29,375 nt of DNA. It comes from an uncultured Erysipelotrichaceae bacterium (GTDB taxonomy: Bacteria; Bacillota_I; Bacilli_A; Erysipelotrichales; Erysipelotrichaceae). Below are positions 7,708-18,183 of the stretch, piece after piece. Position numbers and translations under genes: made by a program. The notes beneath the pieces were generated by a model. It was not told the origin of the DNA. It saw nothing but the letters and a program-made list of their open reading frames with translations, and did no database searches. The stretch is from the NCBI GenBank assembly GCA_964457525.1, contig CAYWGS010000005.1, forward strand, positions 1 to 29,375, in the 5' to 3' direction. Numbering within the stretch: position 1 is the first letter of the stretch; each line of letters begins with the position of its first letter.

Positions 7708-8246
7708 GAATTATCGCAGGAAGTCGCAAATCAAGAATTATAAAAAGTCTACCAGGTGAGAATACTCGTCCTACCTTAGATGTGGTTAAGGAAGCTTGTT
7801 TTTCAGTGATAGGTCCTTGGATTCAAGATAAAGTAGGTCTCGATTTATTTGCAGGTAGTGGAAATATTGGTTTAGAATCCTTATCACGTGGTGCTCAGTT
7901 TATTCATTTTGTGGATGGTTCTAATCAAGCGTGTCAGATTATTAAAGAGAATATTAAAGCACTTAATTTTGAGAAAGAATCCAGTGTTTATCGTATGGAT
8001 TGTTTCCAAGCGTGTCGATACTTTAAGAGTAAACAGATCATCTTTGATTTCATCTATTTAGATCCACCTTACCAGAAACTCGATTTACATAAGCTACTCA
8101 ATGCATGTTTACCGATTATTCATGAGAATAGTTTGATTATCTATGAATGTTTAGATGAAGAAGAAGTTATCATACCAGAGGCATATACGCTTGATAAAAC
8201 AAAGAGCTATGGTAGAATTGCCTTATACTTCATTCGGAGGAAATAA
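7704..8246 (+). CDS. rsmD: 16S rRNA (guanine966-N2)-methyltransferase RsmD
   Basis: The N-terminus is MRIIAGSRKSR. The SAM-binding motif LDLFAGSGNIGLESLSRGA and the DPPY motif are present. It overlaps the upstream gene by ATGA. Confidence 0.85.
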   Translation: MRIIAGSRKSRIIKSLPGENTRPTLDVVKEACFSVIGPWIQDKVGLDLFAGSGNIGLESLSRGAQFIHFVDGSNQACQIIKENIKALNFEKESSVYRMDCFQACRYFKSKQIIFDFIYLDPPYQKLDLHKLLNACLPIIHENSLIIYECLDEEEVIIPEAYTLDKTKSYGRIALYFIRRK

Positions 8247-8725
8247 TGAAAAAAGCGATATATCCAGGGACATTTGATCCTATTACACTGGGGCATTTAG
8301 ATATTATTCGTAGAGCAAGTGCGCTCGTGGATCAACTTGAAGTTGTTATTATGCGTAATCCGAATAAATCAAATTCTGATTTTAGTGTAGAAGAACGCTT
8401 AGAAATGATTTCTTCTGTTATTCAAGAATTTAATAATGTGACAGTAAGTGCACAAACAGGATTAACGGTTGATTATGCAAAAGTTTCTGGCGCAAGTATA
8501 TTAATTCGTGGTATTCGAGCAGTTATGGACTATGAGTATGAACTTCAACAAGCGACAGCTAACATGGTATTAGCACCTGGAATTGAAACGGTATTCTTAT
8601 TAACTCGTCCACAGTACTCTTTCTTATCTTCTTCAGTGGTTAAACAAATAGCACAGAACAAAGGCGATTTAGCTCCATTTGTACCAACTCAAGTAAAAGA
8701 TTTTATTGAGAAAAAGTATCGATAG
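8246..8725 (+). CDS. coaD: Phosphopantetheine adenylyltransferase
   Basis: YPGTFDPITLGHLDII (T/HxGH nucleotidyltransferase motif) and a 159-aa length are typical of CoaD. The SD GGAGGA is present, and the gene overlaps rsmD by TAATG. Confidence 0.92.
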   Translation: MKKAIYPGTFDPITLGHLDIIRRASALVDQLEVVIMRNPNKSNSDFSVEERLEMISSVIQEFNNVTVSAQTGLTVDYAKVSGASILIRGIRAVMDYEYELQQATANMVLAPGIETVFLLTRPQYSFLSSSVVKQIAQNKGDLAPFVPTQVKDFIEKKYR

Positions 8726-8751
8726 AAAAAATAATAAAATGATAAATTAAA

Positions 8752-8778
8752 TTAGCACTTGTAAGTTGACAGTGCTAA
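8752..8778. promoter_or_regulatory. CIRCE operator 1 (HrcA binding site)
   Basis: TTAGCACTT-N9-CAGTGCTAA compares with the consensus TTAGCACTC-N9-GAGTGCTAA. It overlaps the -35 hexamer. Confidence 0.9.
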
Positions 8779-8793
8779 TTTTCATGTTATACT
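8766..8793 (+). promoter_or_regulatory. SigA-type promoter of the hrcA operon
   Basis: The -35 is TTGACA (8766-8771). A 16-nt spacer leads to the extended -10 TGtTATACT (8785-8793). Confidence 0.7.
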
Positions 8794-8794
8794 A

Positions 8795-8821
8795 TTAGCA
8801 GACATATTGAGTGAGTGCTAA
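8795..8821. promoter_or_regulatory. CIRCE operator 2 (HrcA binding site), abutting the hrcA Shine-Dalgarno
   Basis: TTAGCAGAC-N9-GAGTGCTAA has a perfect right arm and 2 mismatches in the left arm. Its last base is the first base of the SD AGGAGGTG (8821-8828). Confidence 0.85.
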
Positions 8822-8833
8822 GGAGGTGTTGAA

Positions 8834-9849
8834 GTGTTAACAAGTCGTAAGATAGAAATATTAAAAGCTATCGTAGAATCGTTTATTTCAAGTGCTGAAC
8901 CAGTAGGTTCAAAAACACTTGTAGAAAAGTTTAACCTTCCATATTCTTCTGCGACCATTCGTAATGAAATGTTAGAGTTGGAGACGATGGGTTATCTTGA
9001 AAAAACACATACTTCAAGTGGACGTATTCCTTCAACGTTAGGTTATCGTTATTATGTTGAACATCTTATGGTTGAGAAGTTGGACAATAACCTTCAAACA
9101 GCACTACAAGTTGTCTTCTCTGATCGTCAACTGAAGATTGATGAAGTGATTAAACGTAGTTGTGATATCTTAGCTCAGATGACTAATTTAACCTCTATGG
9201 TTTTAGGCCCTGAAGCAGAATCACAAACACTGGAACACATTAATCTGTTCCCAGTGGATCAGAATAAAGCAGTGGCGGTATTTATTACGAATGCTGGGCA
9301 TACTGAGAATCGAGTATTCCAATTTGAAGAAAAGGTGAGTGTAGAAGAATTAGCGAATTGTTGCGCAATACTGAATGAACGATTAACAGGGACACCTCTC
9401 GATCATATTCTTGAGAAGTTACAACTGATTAAGCCCATTCTTGCACAATCCATTAAGCAGTATGAAACGATATTCGAAGCGTTCTTTAATGCCTTTATCA
9501 AATTTGCGAATACAAACTTCTACTTAAGTGGAAGCAACAACATATTTAATCAACCAGAATTTACCGATATCAACAAGCTTAAACAACTGATGCAGATGTT
9601 TGAGAACAGTAAAGTATGGAAGGATATCGGATCCAATCAAAATGCATTAAGACTCGATGTCAGTGATCATTCATCACTTGTATGGATGGATGATATGGCA
9701 GTTGTAACGAGTACATTCAAACTTGATCAAGAAGAATCCGGACAGCTTATGGTGGTTGGACCAAGTCGCATGGAGTATGATCGAGTCGTAGCGCTCATGG
9801 AGTTTATGAGCAAAGCGATTGAGACAATTTATGGAAAAGGAGATTCATC

Positions 9850-9853
<4 letters not shown>
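8834..9853 (+). CDS. hrcA: Heat-inducible transcription repressor HrcA
   Basis: The GTG start lies 5 nt after AGGAGGTG. The N-terminal winged helix (ILKAIVESFISSAEPVGSKTL...ATIRNEM) matches HrcA. The 339-aa length and the position upstream of grpE-dnaK-dnaJ agree. Confidence 0.92.
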
Positions 9854-12208
<2,355 letters not shown>

Positions 12209-12212
12209 CATC

Positions 12213-12236
12213 AACCTAGGGATATCCCTAGGTTTT
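12213..12236 (+). terminator. Intra-operon hairpin/attenuator between dnaK and dnaJ
   Basis: A perfect 22-nt palindrome, AACCTAGGGATATCCCTAGGTT (12213-12234), runs into TTTT (12233-12236). The dnaJ SD GGAGG follows. Confidence 0.55.
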
Positions 12237-12252
12237 ATCCTGGAGGCGAAAT

Positions 12253-13365
12253 ATGGCAGATAAACGTGATTATTATGAGGTATTAGGACTTAGTAAAAAC
12301 GCCACGGAAGCGGAAATAAAGAAAGCCTATCGAAGCCTTGCGAAAAAGTATCACCCCGATATCAATAAAGAAAAAGGGGCAGATGTAAAGTTTAAAGAAG
12401 TACAAGAAGCGTATGAAGTTTTAAGTGATGCCCAAAAGCGTGCAAACTATGATCAATTTGGTCATGCGTCAACCGAACAAGGCTTTGGTCAAGGTTTTGG
12501 TGGATTCCAATCTGGTGGATTTGAAGACATTAATGATATTTTTGGATCCTTCTTTGGAGGTGGTTTTGGTTCTTCTCAAAGAAGACAATCAGGACCTCGT
12601 AAAGGTGAAGATCGACTCATGCAGTTACGCGTTGACTTCATGGATGCGATCTTTGGTAAAACTGAAAGCATCAGTTTAGATGTTGAAGAACAATGTTCCG
12701 AATGTATGGGAAGTGGAGCACACAGTAAGACTGATGTCCAAGTATGTCCAACCTGTAATGGTAAAGGACAAGTCACAACCCAACAACGTACACCTTTTGG
12801 AGTATTCCAGTCTTCCAGTGTATGTCCTGAATGTCAAGGAACAGGTAAGAAGATTCTTAATAAATGCAATAAATGTCATGGACGTGGTTATGAACGCAAA
12901 CGTGTAACCGTTGATGTAAAGATTCCAGCGGGTATCCATTCAGGTCAACAACTTCGTGTTCCTGGTAAAGGTGAACGTGGTACACAAGGCGGACCGAATG
13001 GTGATTTATATCTAGAAATCTTAGTCAGCCGTCATAAATACTTCCAACGTGAAGGAAATAACATCTATATCAATGTCCCAGTATCTGCACTCGATGCGAC
13101 ACTTGGATGTAAGATTGATGTGCCAACCGTTCATGGTGATGTGGAACTAACCATTCCATCTGGAACACAAACAGGTACTCAATTTAGATTAAAAGGTAAA
13201 GGGGTTAAAGATCTCAATTCTAATAATCTAGGAGACCAATACGTTGAAGTTAAGATTCAAGTCGATGAGAAGTTAAGTCGTGAAGAAAAAGAACTCTACG
13301 AAAAATTAAGAAATATTAAAGGAAAAGACTCGATCTACGATCGTTTCAAAAAAGCATTCAAGTAA
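12253..13365 (+). CDS. dnaJ: Molecular chaperone DnaJ (Hsp40, type I)
   Basis: The J-domain carries HPD (KKYHPDINK). A G/F-rich linker is followed by four CxxCxGxG zinc motifs: [24 protein letters not shown] and CNKCHGRG. Confidence 0.95.
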   Translation: MADKRDYYEVLGLSKNATEAEIKKAYRSLAKKYHPDINKEKGADVKFKEVQEAYEVLSDAQKRANYDQFGHASTEQGFGQGFGGFQSGGFEDINDIFGSFFGGGFGSSQRRQSGPRKGEDRLMQLRVDFMDAIFGKTESISLDVEEQCSECMGSGAHSKTDVQVCPTCNGKGQVTTQQRTPFGVFQSSSVCPECQGTGKKILNKCNKCHGRGYERKRVTVDVKIPAGIHSGQQLRVPGKGERGTQGGPNGDLYLEILVSRHKYFQREGNNIYINVPVSALDATLGCKIDVPTVHGDVELTIPSGTQTGTQFRLKGKGVKDLNSNNLGDQYVEVKIQVDEKLSREEKELYEKLRNIKGKDSIYDRFKKAFK

Positions 13366-13386
13366 CAGTCTTTCTGTTACTTTTTT
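13362..13386 (+). terminator. Rho-independent terminator-like hairpin after dnaJ
   Basis: GTAACAG (13362-13368) pairs with CTGTTAC (13374-13380) around a 5-nt loop, followed by T6 (13381-13386). The stem includes the dnaJ stop codon. Confidence 0.6.
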
Positions 13387-13405
13387 GTAAAAAGGAGGTT
13401 TATGT

Positions 13406-15973
13406 ATGAGCATGAATCAATTTACACAAAAACTACAGTTTATATTAAGTAAAGCAGCTGAACAGGCTTTCTCTAGTAATCATCCTGAGATTACCTGTGC
13501 ACATGTTTACTTAGCCATGAAACAAGATGGTATCTTGGATGGAATATTATCTCGTTTAAATATCAATCCAAACCAGTTTGAAAATATGGTGTCTTCTGCA
13601 GTTGAACAATTGCCAACTCAATCTGAAACAAGTCAGCCAGTCTTATCTAAAGACTTAAATCAGAGTATTTTAAATGCACTCAATGAAATGAAGAAGAACC
13701 AAGAAACGCATTTAGGGGCATTGTTGCTGTTTAAAGTCATGTTATTTAATAAGACAACATTAAGTCAAAAGATTGTCGATACATTCAAACTAAATAACAC
13801 AATGGTATCACAAGCGATACAAACAAGTTTACAAGGTAAGAAAGTACAATCTGAAGAATCAGAAAATCAATTAGAAGCTTTACGTAAATATGGACGTGAT
13901 TTAGTTGAAGATGTTCGTAATGGTAAGATTGATCCGATTATTGGCAGAGAAGACGAAATACGAAGAGTGATTGAAATACTATCCCGTAAGACAAAGAACA
14001 ATCCAGTTTTAATAGGATCACCTGGTGTTGGTAAAACAGCGGTTGTAGAAGGTCTAGCATGGCGAATTATGAAGGGGGATGTACCATTTGGCCTCAAAGA
14101 GAAACAACTCATTGAGCTCGATATGGGAGCACTCATTGCAGGAGCGAAGTATCGTGGTGAGTTTGAAGAAAGACTCAAAGCCGTACTCGATGAAGTTAAA
14201 CAAGCTGAAGGCAATATCATTCTCTTTATCGATGAACTCCATAATTTAGTTGGGGCAGGTAAAACGGAAGGTTCGATGGATGCGGCAAATCTACTCAAAC
14301 CGATGTTAGCACGAGGAGAGTTAAGATGTATCGGTGCCACAACCTTCGATGAATATAAGAAACACATTGAAAAGGATGCCGCACTTGAAAGACGTTTCCA
14401 AAAGATCTTAGTCGATGAACCAACGGTTGAAGATACCATTTCGATCCTACGTGGTTTAAAAGATCGTTTTGAATCTCATCATGGGGTTAACATACTCGAT
14501 GAAGCAATTATCGCAGCGGCTAAATTATCCGACCGTTATATTAATGATCGATTCTTACCCGATAAAGCAATTGATTTAATCGATGAAGCCTGCGCAACCA
14601 TTCGTGTTGAAATGGACTCCATGCCACAAGAACTCGATGATCTAAATCGTAAGATTATGCAGTTAGAGATCGAAGAAATATCGTTGAAGAAAGAAACGGA
14701 TGAAAGAACCTTAGATCGATTAGAAGAATTACGAAAAGAATTATCGAATCTCAAAGAAGAACATAAGATCTTAGATTTGAAATGGAAAGAAGAAAAAAAA
14801 TTCTTAGACCAAGTCAAAGGGGACAAAGAAGCCCTAGAAAAAGCACGACTCGATTTAGAAAACGCAAGTAATGATGCACGTTATGAAGAAGCTGCACGAC
14901 TTCAATATGAGACCATTCCGAATCTAGAAAAACGTATTAAACTTGAACAAGACAAGAAGAAAGAGGGAGCTTTAATCCAAGAAATTGTGGATGAAGAACT
15001 CATTGCGAAGATTGTATCGCGTTGGACACACATTGATGTTAGTAAGTTGATGTCGACGGAAAGACAAAAACTTTTACAACTACCTAAGATTCTTGCACAA
15101 CGTGTTATGGGTCAAGATGAAGCTCTACAACTCGTTAGTTCTGCGATCATGCGTTCTAAAGCACATATTCAAGATGAACACAGACCGATTGGATCCTTCC
15201 TATTCTTAGGTCCTACAGGGGTTGGTAAAACTGAAGTCGCTAAAGCTCTTGCAGCTCAACTCTTTGATGATGAAAGTAAGATTGTACGTATTGATATGAG
15301 TGAATACATGGAGAAACACTCTGTCTCTCGTTTAATCGGTGCACCTCCAGGATACATTGGGTATGAAGAAGGTGGACAACTCACTGAGGCGGTCCGTCGT
15401 AAACCGTATTCCATTGTGTTACTCGATGAGATTGAGAAAGCACATCCAGATGTATTTAATATCCTATTACAAATCTTAGAAGATGGAAGAATTACGGATA
15501 ATCAAGGGGTTGTGGTAAACTTTACGAATACCTTAGTGATTATGACGAGCAATCTAGCATCTCAATATATCTTGGACAAAGATGAATCACGACGTGAACA
15601 ACTCGTAATGGCAGAAGTTCAAAGAACTTTCAAACCAGAGTTCATAAATCGTATTGATGAGATTGTCATATTTAATCCATTGAATAATGCAGTATTAAAT
15701 CAAATTGCGGACAAGTTTATCTCTGAACTTAGAAATCGACTACTAGCTCAAAACTACCGATTAGAGGTCACAAGTACTGCTAAACAAAATATTATTCTTG
15801 AGGGAAGTGATCTACAATATGGTGCTCGTCCAATGAAACGACACATTCAAAGACAGATTGAAAGTAAGATTGCCTACTATATTCTTGAGAATAATCCACC
15901 TCAGGATTCCAATATTCTAGTGGATTATGATAACCATGATTATGTTGTAAGAGTTAAAAATCAGATGAATTAA
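13406..15973 (+). CDS. clpB: ATP-dependent chaperone/disaggregase ClpB
   Basis: There are two AAA+ modules (GSPGVGKT and GPTGVGKT) with a long coiled-coil M-domain between them. A Clp N-domain is present and the length is 855 aa. The SD AAGGAGG ends 7 nt upstream of the ATG. Confidence 0.93.
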   Translation: MSMNQFTQKLQFILSKAAEQAFSSNHPEITCAHVYLAMKQDGILDGILSRLNINPNQFENMVSSAVEQLPTQSETSQPVLSKDLNQSILNALNEMKKNQETHLGALLLFKVMLFNKTTLSQKIVDTFKLNNTMVSQAIQTSLQGKKVQSEESENQLEALRKYGRDLVEDVRNGKIDPIIGREDEIRRVIEILSRKTKNNPVLIGSPGVGKTAVVEGLAWRIMKGDVPFGLKEKQLIELDMGALIAGAKYRGEFEERLKAVLDEVKQAEGNIILFIDELHNLVGAGKTEGSMDAANLLKPMLARGELRCIGATTFDEYKKHIEKDAALERRFQKILVDEPTVEDTISILRGLKDRFESHHGVNILDEAIIAAAKLSDRYINDRFLPDKAIDLIDEACATIRVEMDSMPQELDDLNRKIMQLEIEEISLKKETDERTLDRLEELRKELSNLKEEHKILDLKWKEEKKFLDQVKGDKEALEKARLDLENASNDARYEEAARLQYETIPNLEKRIKLEQDKKKEGALIQEIVDEELIAKIVSRWTHIDVSKLMSTERQKLLQLPKILAQRVMGQDEALQLVSSAIMRSKAHIQDEHRPIGSFLFLGPTGVGKTEVAKALAAQLFDDESKIVRIDMSEYMEKHSVSRLIGAPPGYIGYEEGGQLTEAVRRKPYSIVLLDEIEKAHPDVFNILLQILEDGRITDNQGVVVNFTNTLVIMTSNLASQYILDKDESRREQLVMAEVQRTFKPEFINRIDEIVIFNPLNNAVLNQIADKFISELRNRLLAQNYRLEVTSTAKQNIILEGSDLQYGARPMKRHIQRQIESKIAYYILENNPPQDSNILVDYDNHDYVVRVKNQMN

Positions 15974-15994
15974 GCACAGAAATGTGCTTTTTTC
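15972..15994 (+). terminator. Rho-independent terminator after clpB
   Basis: AAGCACA pairs with TGTGCTT around a GAAA loop, followed by a T-run. Confidence 0.75.
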
Positions 15995-16005
15995 ATATTA
16001 GAGTG

Positions 16006-16014
16006 TGTTAATAT
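16006..16014 (+). promoter_or_regulatory. Extended -10 element TGtTAATAT just upstream of the flippase-like gene ATG
   Basis: TG lies at 16006-16007 and TAATAT at 16009-16014. Eight nt separate it from ATG 16023, and there is no SD. Confidence 0.4.
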
Positions 16015-16022
16015 GGTTAAGT

Positions 16023-17072
16023 ATGAAAAAACTTTTCGATAATATTTGGTTTACTTTAATCTTTATTCTTATCCTAAGTGGTTTAGCATTAGGTCTAGCG
16101 CTTTACGATAGTTTTCCAACTGTTGTGAAGACTTTACAAGAAATTACAATAATTCAGATTATCCTTATTAGTTCATGGAGCATATTACCAAGACTTATTC
16201 ATGGTTGTGTTTTATATACGATGGCACACCATATTGAACCAAGTTATAAGTATCGACAAGGTGTAATTAATTCGTTCATTGAAGGATTTGGATCAGGTAT
16301 TACACCATCGAGTACGGGTGGTCAATTTATGCAGACCTATGCCTTTAAGAAACATGGATTAAAAAGTAGTCAAGGTGCTGGAATCGTGTGGTTGGATTTT
16401 TTCCTTTACTCATTATCAGTGGTATTGGTTGCGGTTGTTTTATTCTTAGGACAGTTTACTGAATTTGCACACAGTTCAATTACATTTGTATTTGCGTTAG
16501 GGTTACTCGTAAATATCTTAATGCTTGTATTACTCGGTTTAATGGTTTACTTTCCTAATATCTATCGTAAATTCATGCATTTTATCATTCACACTTTGGA
16601 ATGGTTAAAACTCGTTAAGCAAAAAGAAAAGATTATGCATTCATGGAATGAAACACTTGATCACTTTTATGAAGCTCAGACTGCAATTAAAGATAATAAA
16701 GGCATGTTGTGGAAATTATTTGGATTAAATATTCTTAGAGTATTAGTCTATTTCTCTACACCAATTATGATTGGGTTGATTTTAAACCTTGATATCAATT
16801 TCTCTTCTGTATATACATTACTCGCTTTAGCTTCTTTCATTAATATTGCGAATACCTTTGTACCTTTACCTGGTGCAGCTGGCGCTACTGAGAGTTTATT
16901 TGTATTAACTTTCTCAACTGTTATTGGAAAAGCTTCGGCTTCAAGTATTATGATTCTATGGCGTTTCTTTAGTTTTTATTTGGTATTAATTGTTGGTGGA
17001 TTTATGTTTTTTAGAGTTAGACATTTAAAAAATGGCAAGGAGGAAATCGATGAAAAAGTTCTTATGGATTAG
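16023..17072 (+). CDS. Flippase-like / lysylphosphatidylglycerol-synthase TM-region family membrane protein (UPF0104, TIGR00374-like)
   Basis: The polytopic membrane protein has GSGITPSSTGGQ and PLPGAAGATES blocks, characteristic of the MprF-TM/UPF0104 family. The ORF track starts at GTG 16005, but ATG 16023 (MKKLFDN...) is the more plausible start. Confidence 0.68.
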   Translation: MKKLFDNIWFTLIFILILSGLALGLALYDSFPTVVKTLQEITIIQIILISSWSILPRLIHGCVLYTMAHHIEPSYKYRQGVINSFIEGFGSGITPSSTGGQFMQTYAFKKHGLKSSQGAGIVWLDFFLYSLSVVLVAVVLFLGQFTEFAHSSITFVFALGLLVNILMLVLLGLMVYFPNIYRKFMHFIIHTLEWLKLVKQKEKIMHSWNETLDHFYEAQTAIKDNKGMLWKLFGLNILRVLVYFSTPIMIGLILNLDINFSSVYTLLALASFINIANTFVPLPGAAGATESLFVLTFSTVIGKASASSIMILWRFFSFYLVLIVGGFMFFRVRHLKNGKEEIDEKVLMD

Positions 17073-17289
17073 TATTGTATTATTAGCCTTAAGTGGATGT
17101 AATCTTCAAGTAATTGATACAACTTGGAAATACGATTATGCCTACATTAATGTTGGGGATGAAACGATTAAGTGCGAAGTAGATTCCTGGAAAGATTATT
17201 CAGAAAGTGATATGTTACAAGTAAGGTGTAAGGATGGTCGTTCGTTCTTAGGACATGCGGCTTCTATTATCTTACAAAGTGGTGAATAA
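17050..17289 (+). CDS. Small predicted lipoprotein (79 aa), function unknown
   Basis: The SD AAGGAGG lies 6 nt before ATG 17050. The signal peptide MKKFLWISIVLLALSGC carries the lipobox LSGC. The gene overlaps the upstream gene by 23 nt. Confidence 0.6.
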   Translation: MKKFLWISIVLLALSGCNLQVIDTTWKYDYAYINVGDETIKCEVDSWKDYSESDMLQVRCKDGRSFLGHAASIILQSGE

Positions 17290-17961
17290 GTGATTATTAA
17301 GCAGATGAGAATTGATGATACGATCTTAGAATATCTTGTTGTGTTAGAAGATCGTAGATCCGTAGTAATGCGTTTTAGAGATGGAGCTTTAGTGGTTAAA
17401 GCTCCTTTAAATATGCCATTAAAGACACTTGATGATTGGGTTGATTCTAAGAAAGATTGGATCTTGCGTCAATTTAGAATTCAAGTGAAATTAATGGTCG
17501 ATGAAAATACAATGTGGTTTCAAAATCGTAAGATTAATGTAAGATATGAGAATTATCCTAAATTAGGCTATGAATTAAGTCCGACCGAGTTAGTTATTTT
17601 ATATCCTAAATCGATGAGTAAACAAACTGCCTTTAATCGTGTTCGTAAACAACTTGCACAAGATATTATTCTTCCTATCATGCTTCGTATGATGGAAGTT
17701 ACACAACTAAAACCCAATAAAATAGAACTTAAGAGTTTAAAGCGTAGTTGGGGACGATGTGATTCCAATCGAAATATTCGATTAAGTGAGAAGATGATTG
17801 AATGTGATCCGCGTTTTATCGAATATGTATGTGTTCATGAACTCATGCATCTAAAGCATATGAATCATTCTAAGGAGTTCTATCAAGCGATTGAGGATGT
17901 ACTTCCTGACTATAAGAAAAGACGTCGTATGACGCCTTATCAATATGGTTATTTAACCTAA
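17290..17961 (+). CDS. YgjP-like / DUF45 (M48-family-annotated) zinc metallohydrolase
   Basis: The C-terminal block WGRC...RLSEKMIECDPRFIEYVCVHELMHLKHMNHSKEF carries the HExxH motif. The GTG start follows directly after the lipoprotein TAA. Confidence 0.78.
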   Translation: MIIKQMRIDDTILEYLVVLEDRRSVVMRFRDGALVVKAPLNMPLKTLDDWVDSKKDWILRQFRIQVKLMVDENTMWFQNRKINVRYENYPKLGYELSPTELVILYPKSMSKQTAFNRVRKQLAQDIILPIMLRMMEVTQLKPNKIELKSLKRSWGRCDSNRNIRLSEKMIECDPRFIEYVCVHELMHLKHMNHSKEFYQAIEDVLPDYKKRRRMTPYQYGYLT

Positions 17962-17971
17962 AGATATAAAC

Positions 17972-18163
17972 TTATTTCGATTTTTTCATTAATACAATAA
18001 CCGCAAGAACGATTTTCAAGATAAATAATATATTCGTAATTTCTACATCATAATCGATATAAATTGGGACATTCAATGCGATTAAATTATGAATAAAGTC
18101 AATAATTACGAATAGTATGATAATCGTAATTATTTTAAATAAAAGTGAAGTAATTCTTTTCAA
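17972..18163 (-). CDS. Small hydrophobic protein (63 aa, two predicted TM helices), hypothetical
   Basis: A TTG start is preceded by GGGGGA with 7-nt spacing. It begins 20 nt downstream of the rqcH stop on the same strand. There are no recognisable motifs. Confidence 0.4.
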   Translation of the reverse strand: MKRITSLLFKIITIIILFVIIDFIHNLIALNVPIYIDYDVEITNILFILKIVLAVIVLMKKSK

Positions 18164-18183
18164 TATATTATCCCCCTGATTAG

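Noticed and set aside
13200-13405. A search for a CtsR box (tandem GGTCAAA) or CIRCE upstream of clpB.
   Set aside because: Only isolated GGTCAA strings occur, much further upstream in dnaJ (near 12486 and 12947). There is no tandem repeat and no CIRCE-like inverted repeat.
13867-14439. A 190-aa ORF antisense to clpB, plus 14054-14242 and 14536-14826 on the minus strand.
   Set aside because: It is Ser/Leu/Pro-rich and low-complexity, with no SD or promoter, and lies fully inside a strongly conserved AAA+ coding region. Long stop-free antisense frames are a known by-product of codon periodicity in K/E-rich chaperone genes.
14793-14800. Homopolymer runs as possible phase-variation switches: A8 in clpB, and T8 at 18294-18301 (A8 in the rqcH sense).
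   Set aside because: Both encode Lys-Lys in frame within intact housekeeping genes. Runs of this length are common in AT-rich genomes, and there is no evidence of frameshifted alleles.
17568-17768. A 66-aa ORF antisense to the DUF45 hydrolase gene, and the 69-aa ORF at 23756-23965 antisense to the rsmB/rlmN junction.
   Set aside because: They have no SD, promoter or recognisable motifs and lie in regions already explained by sense-strand genes.
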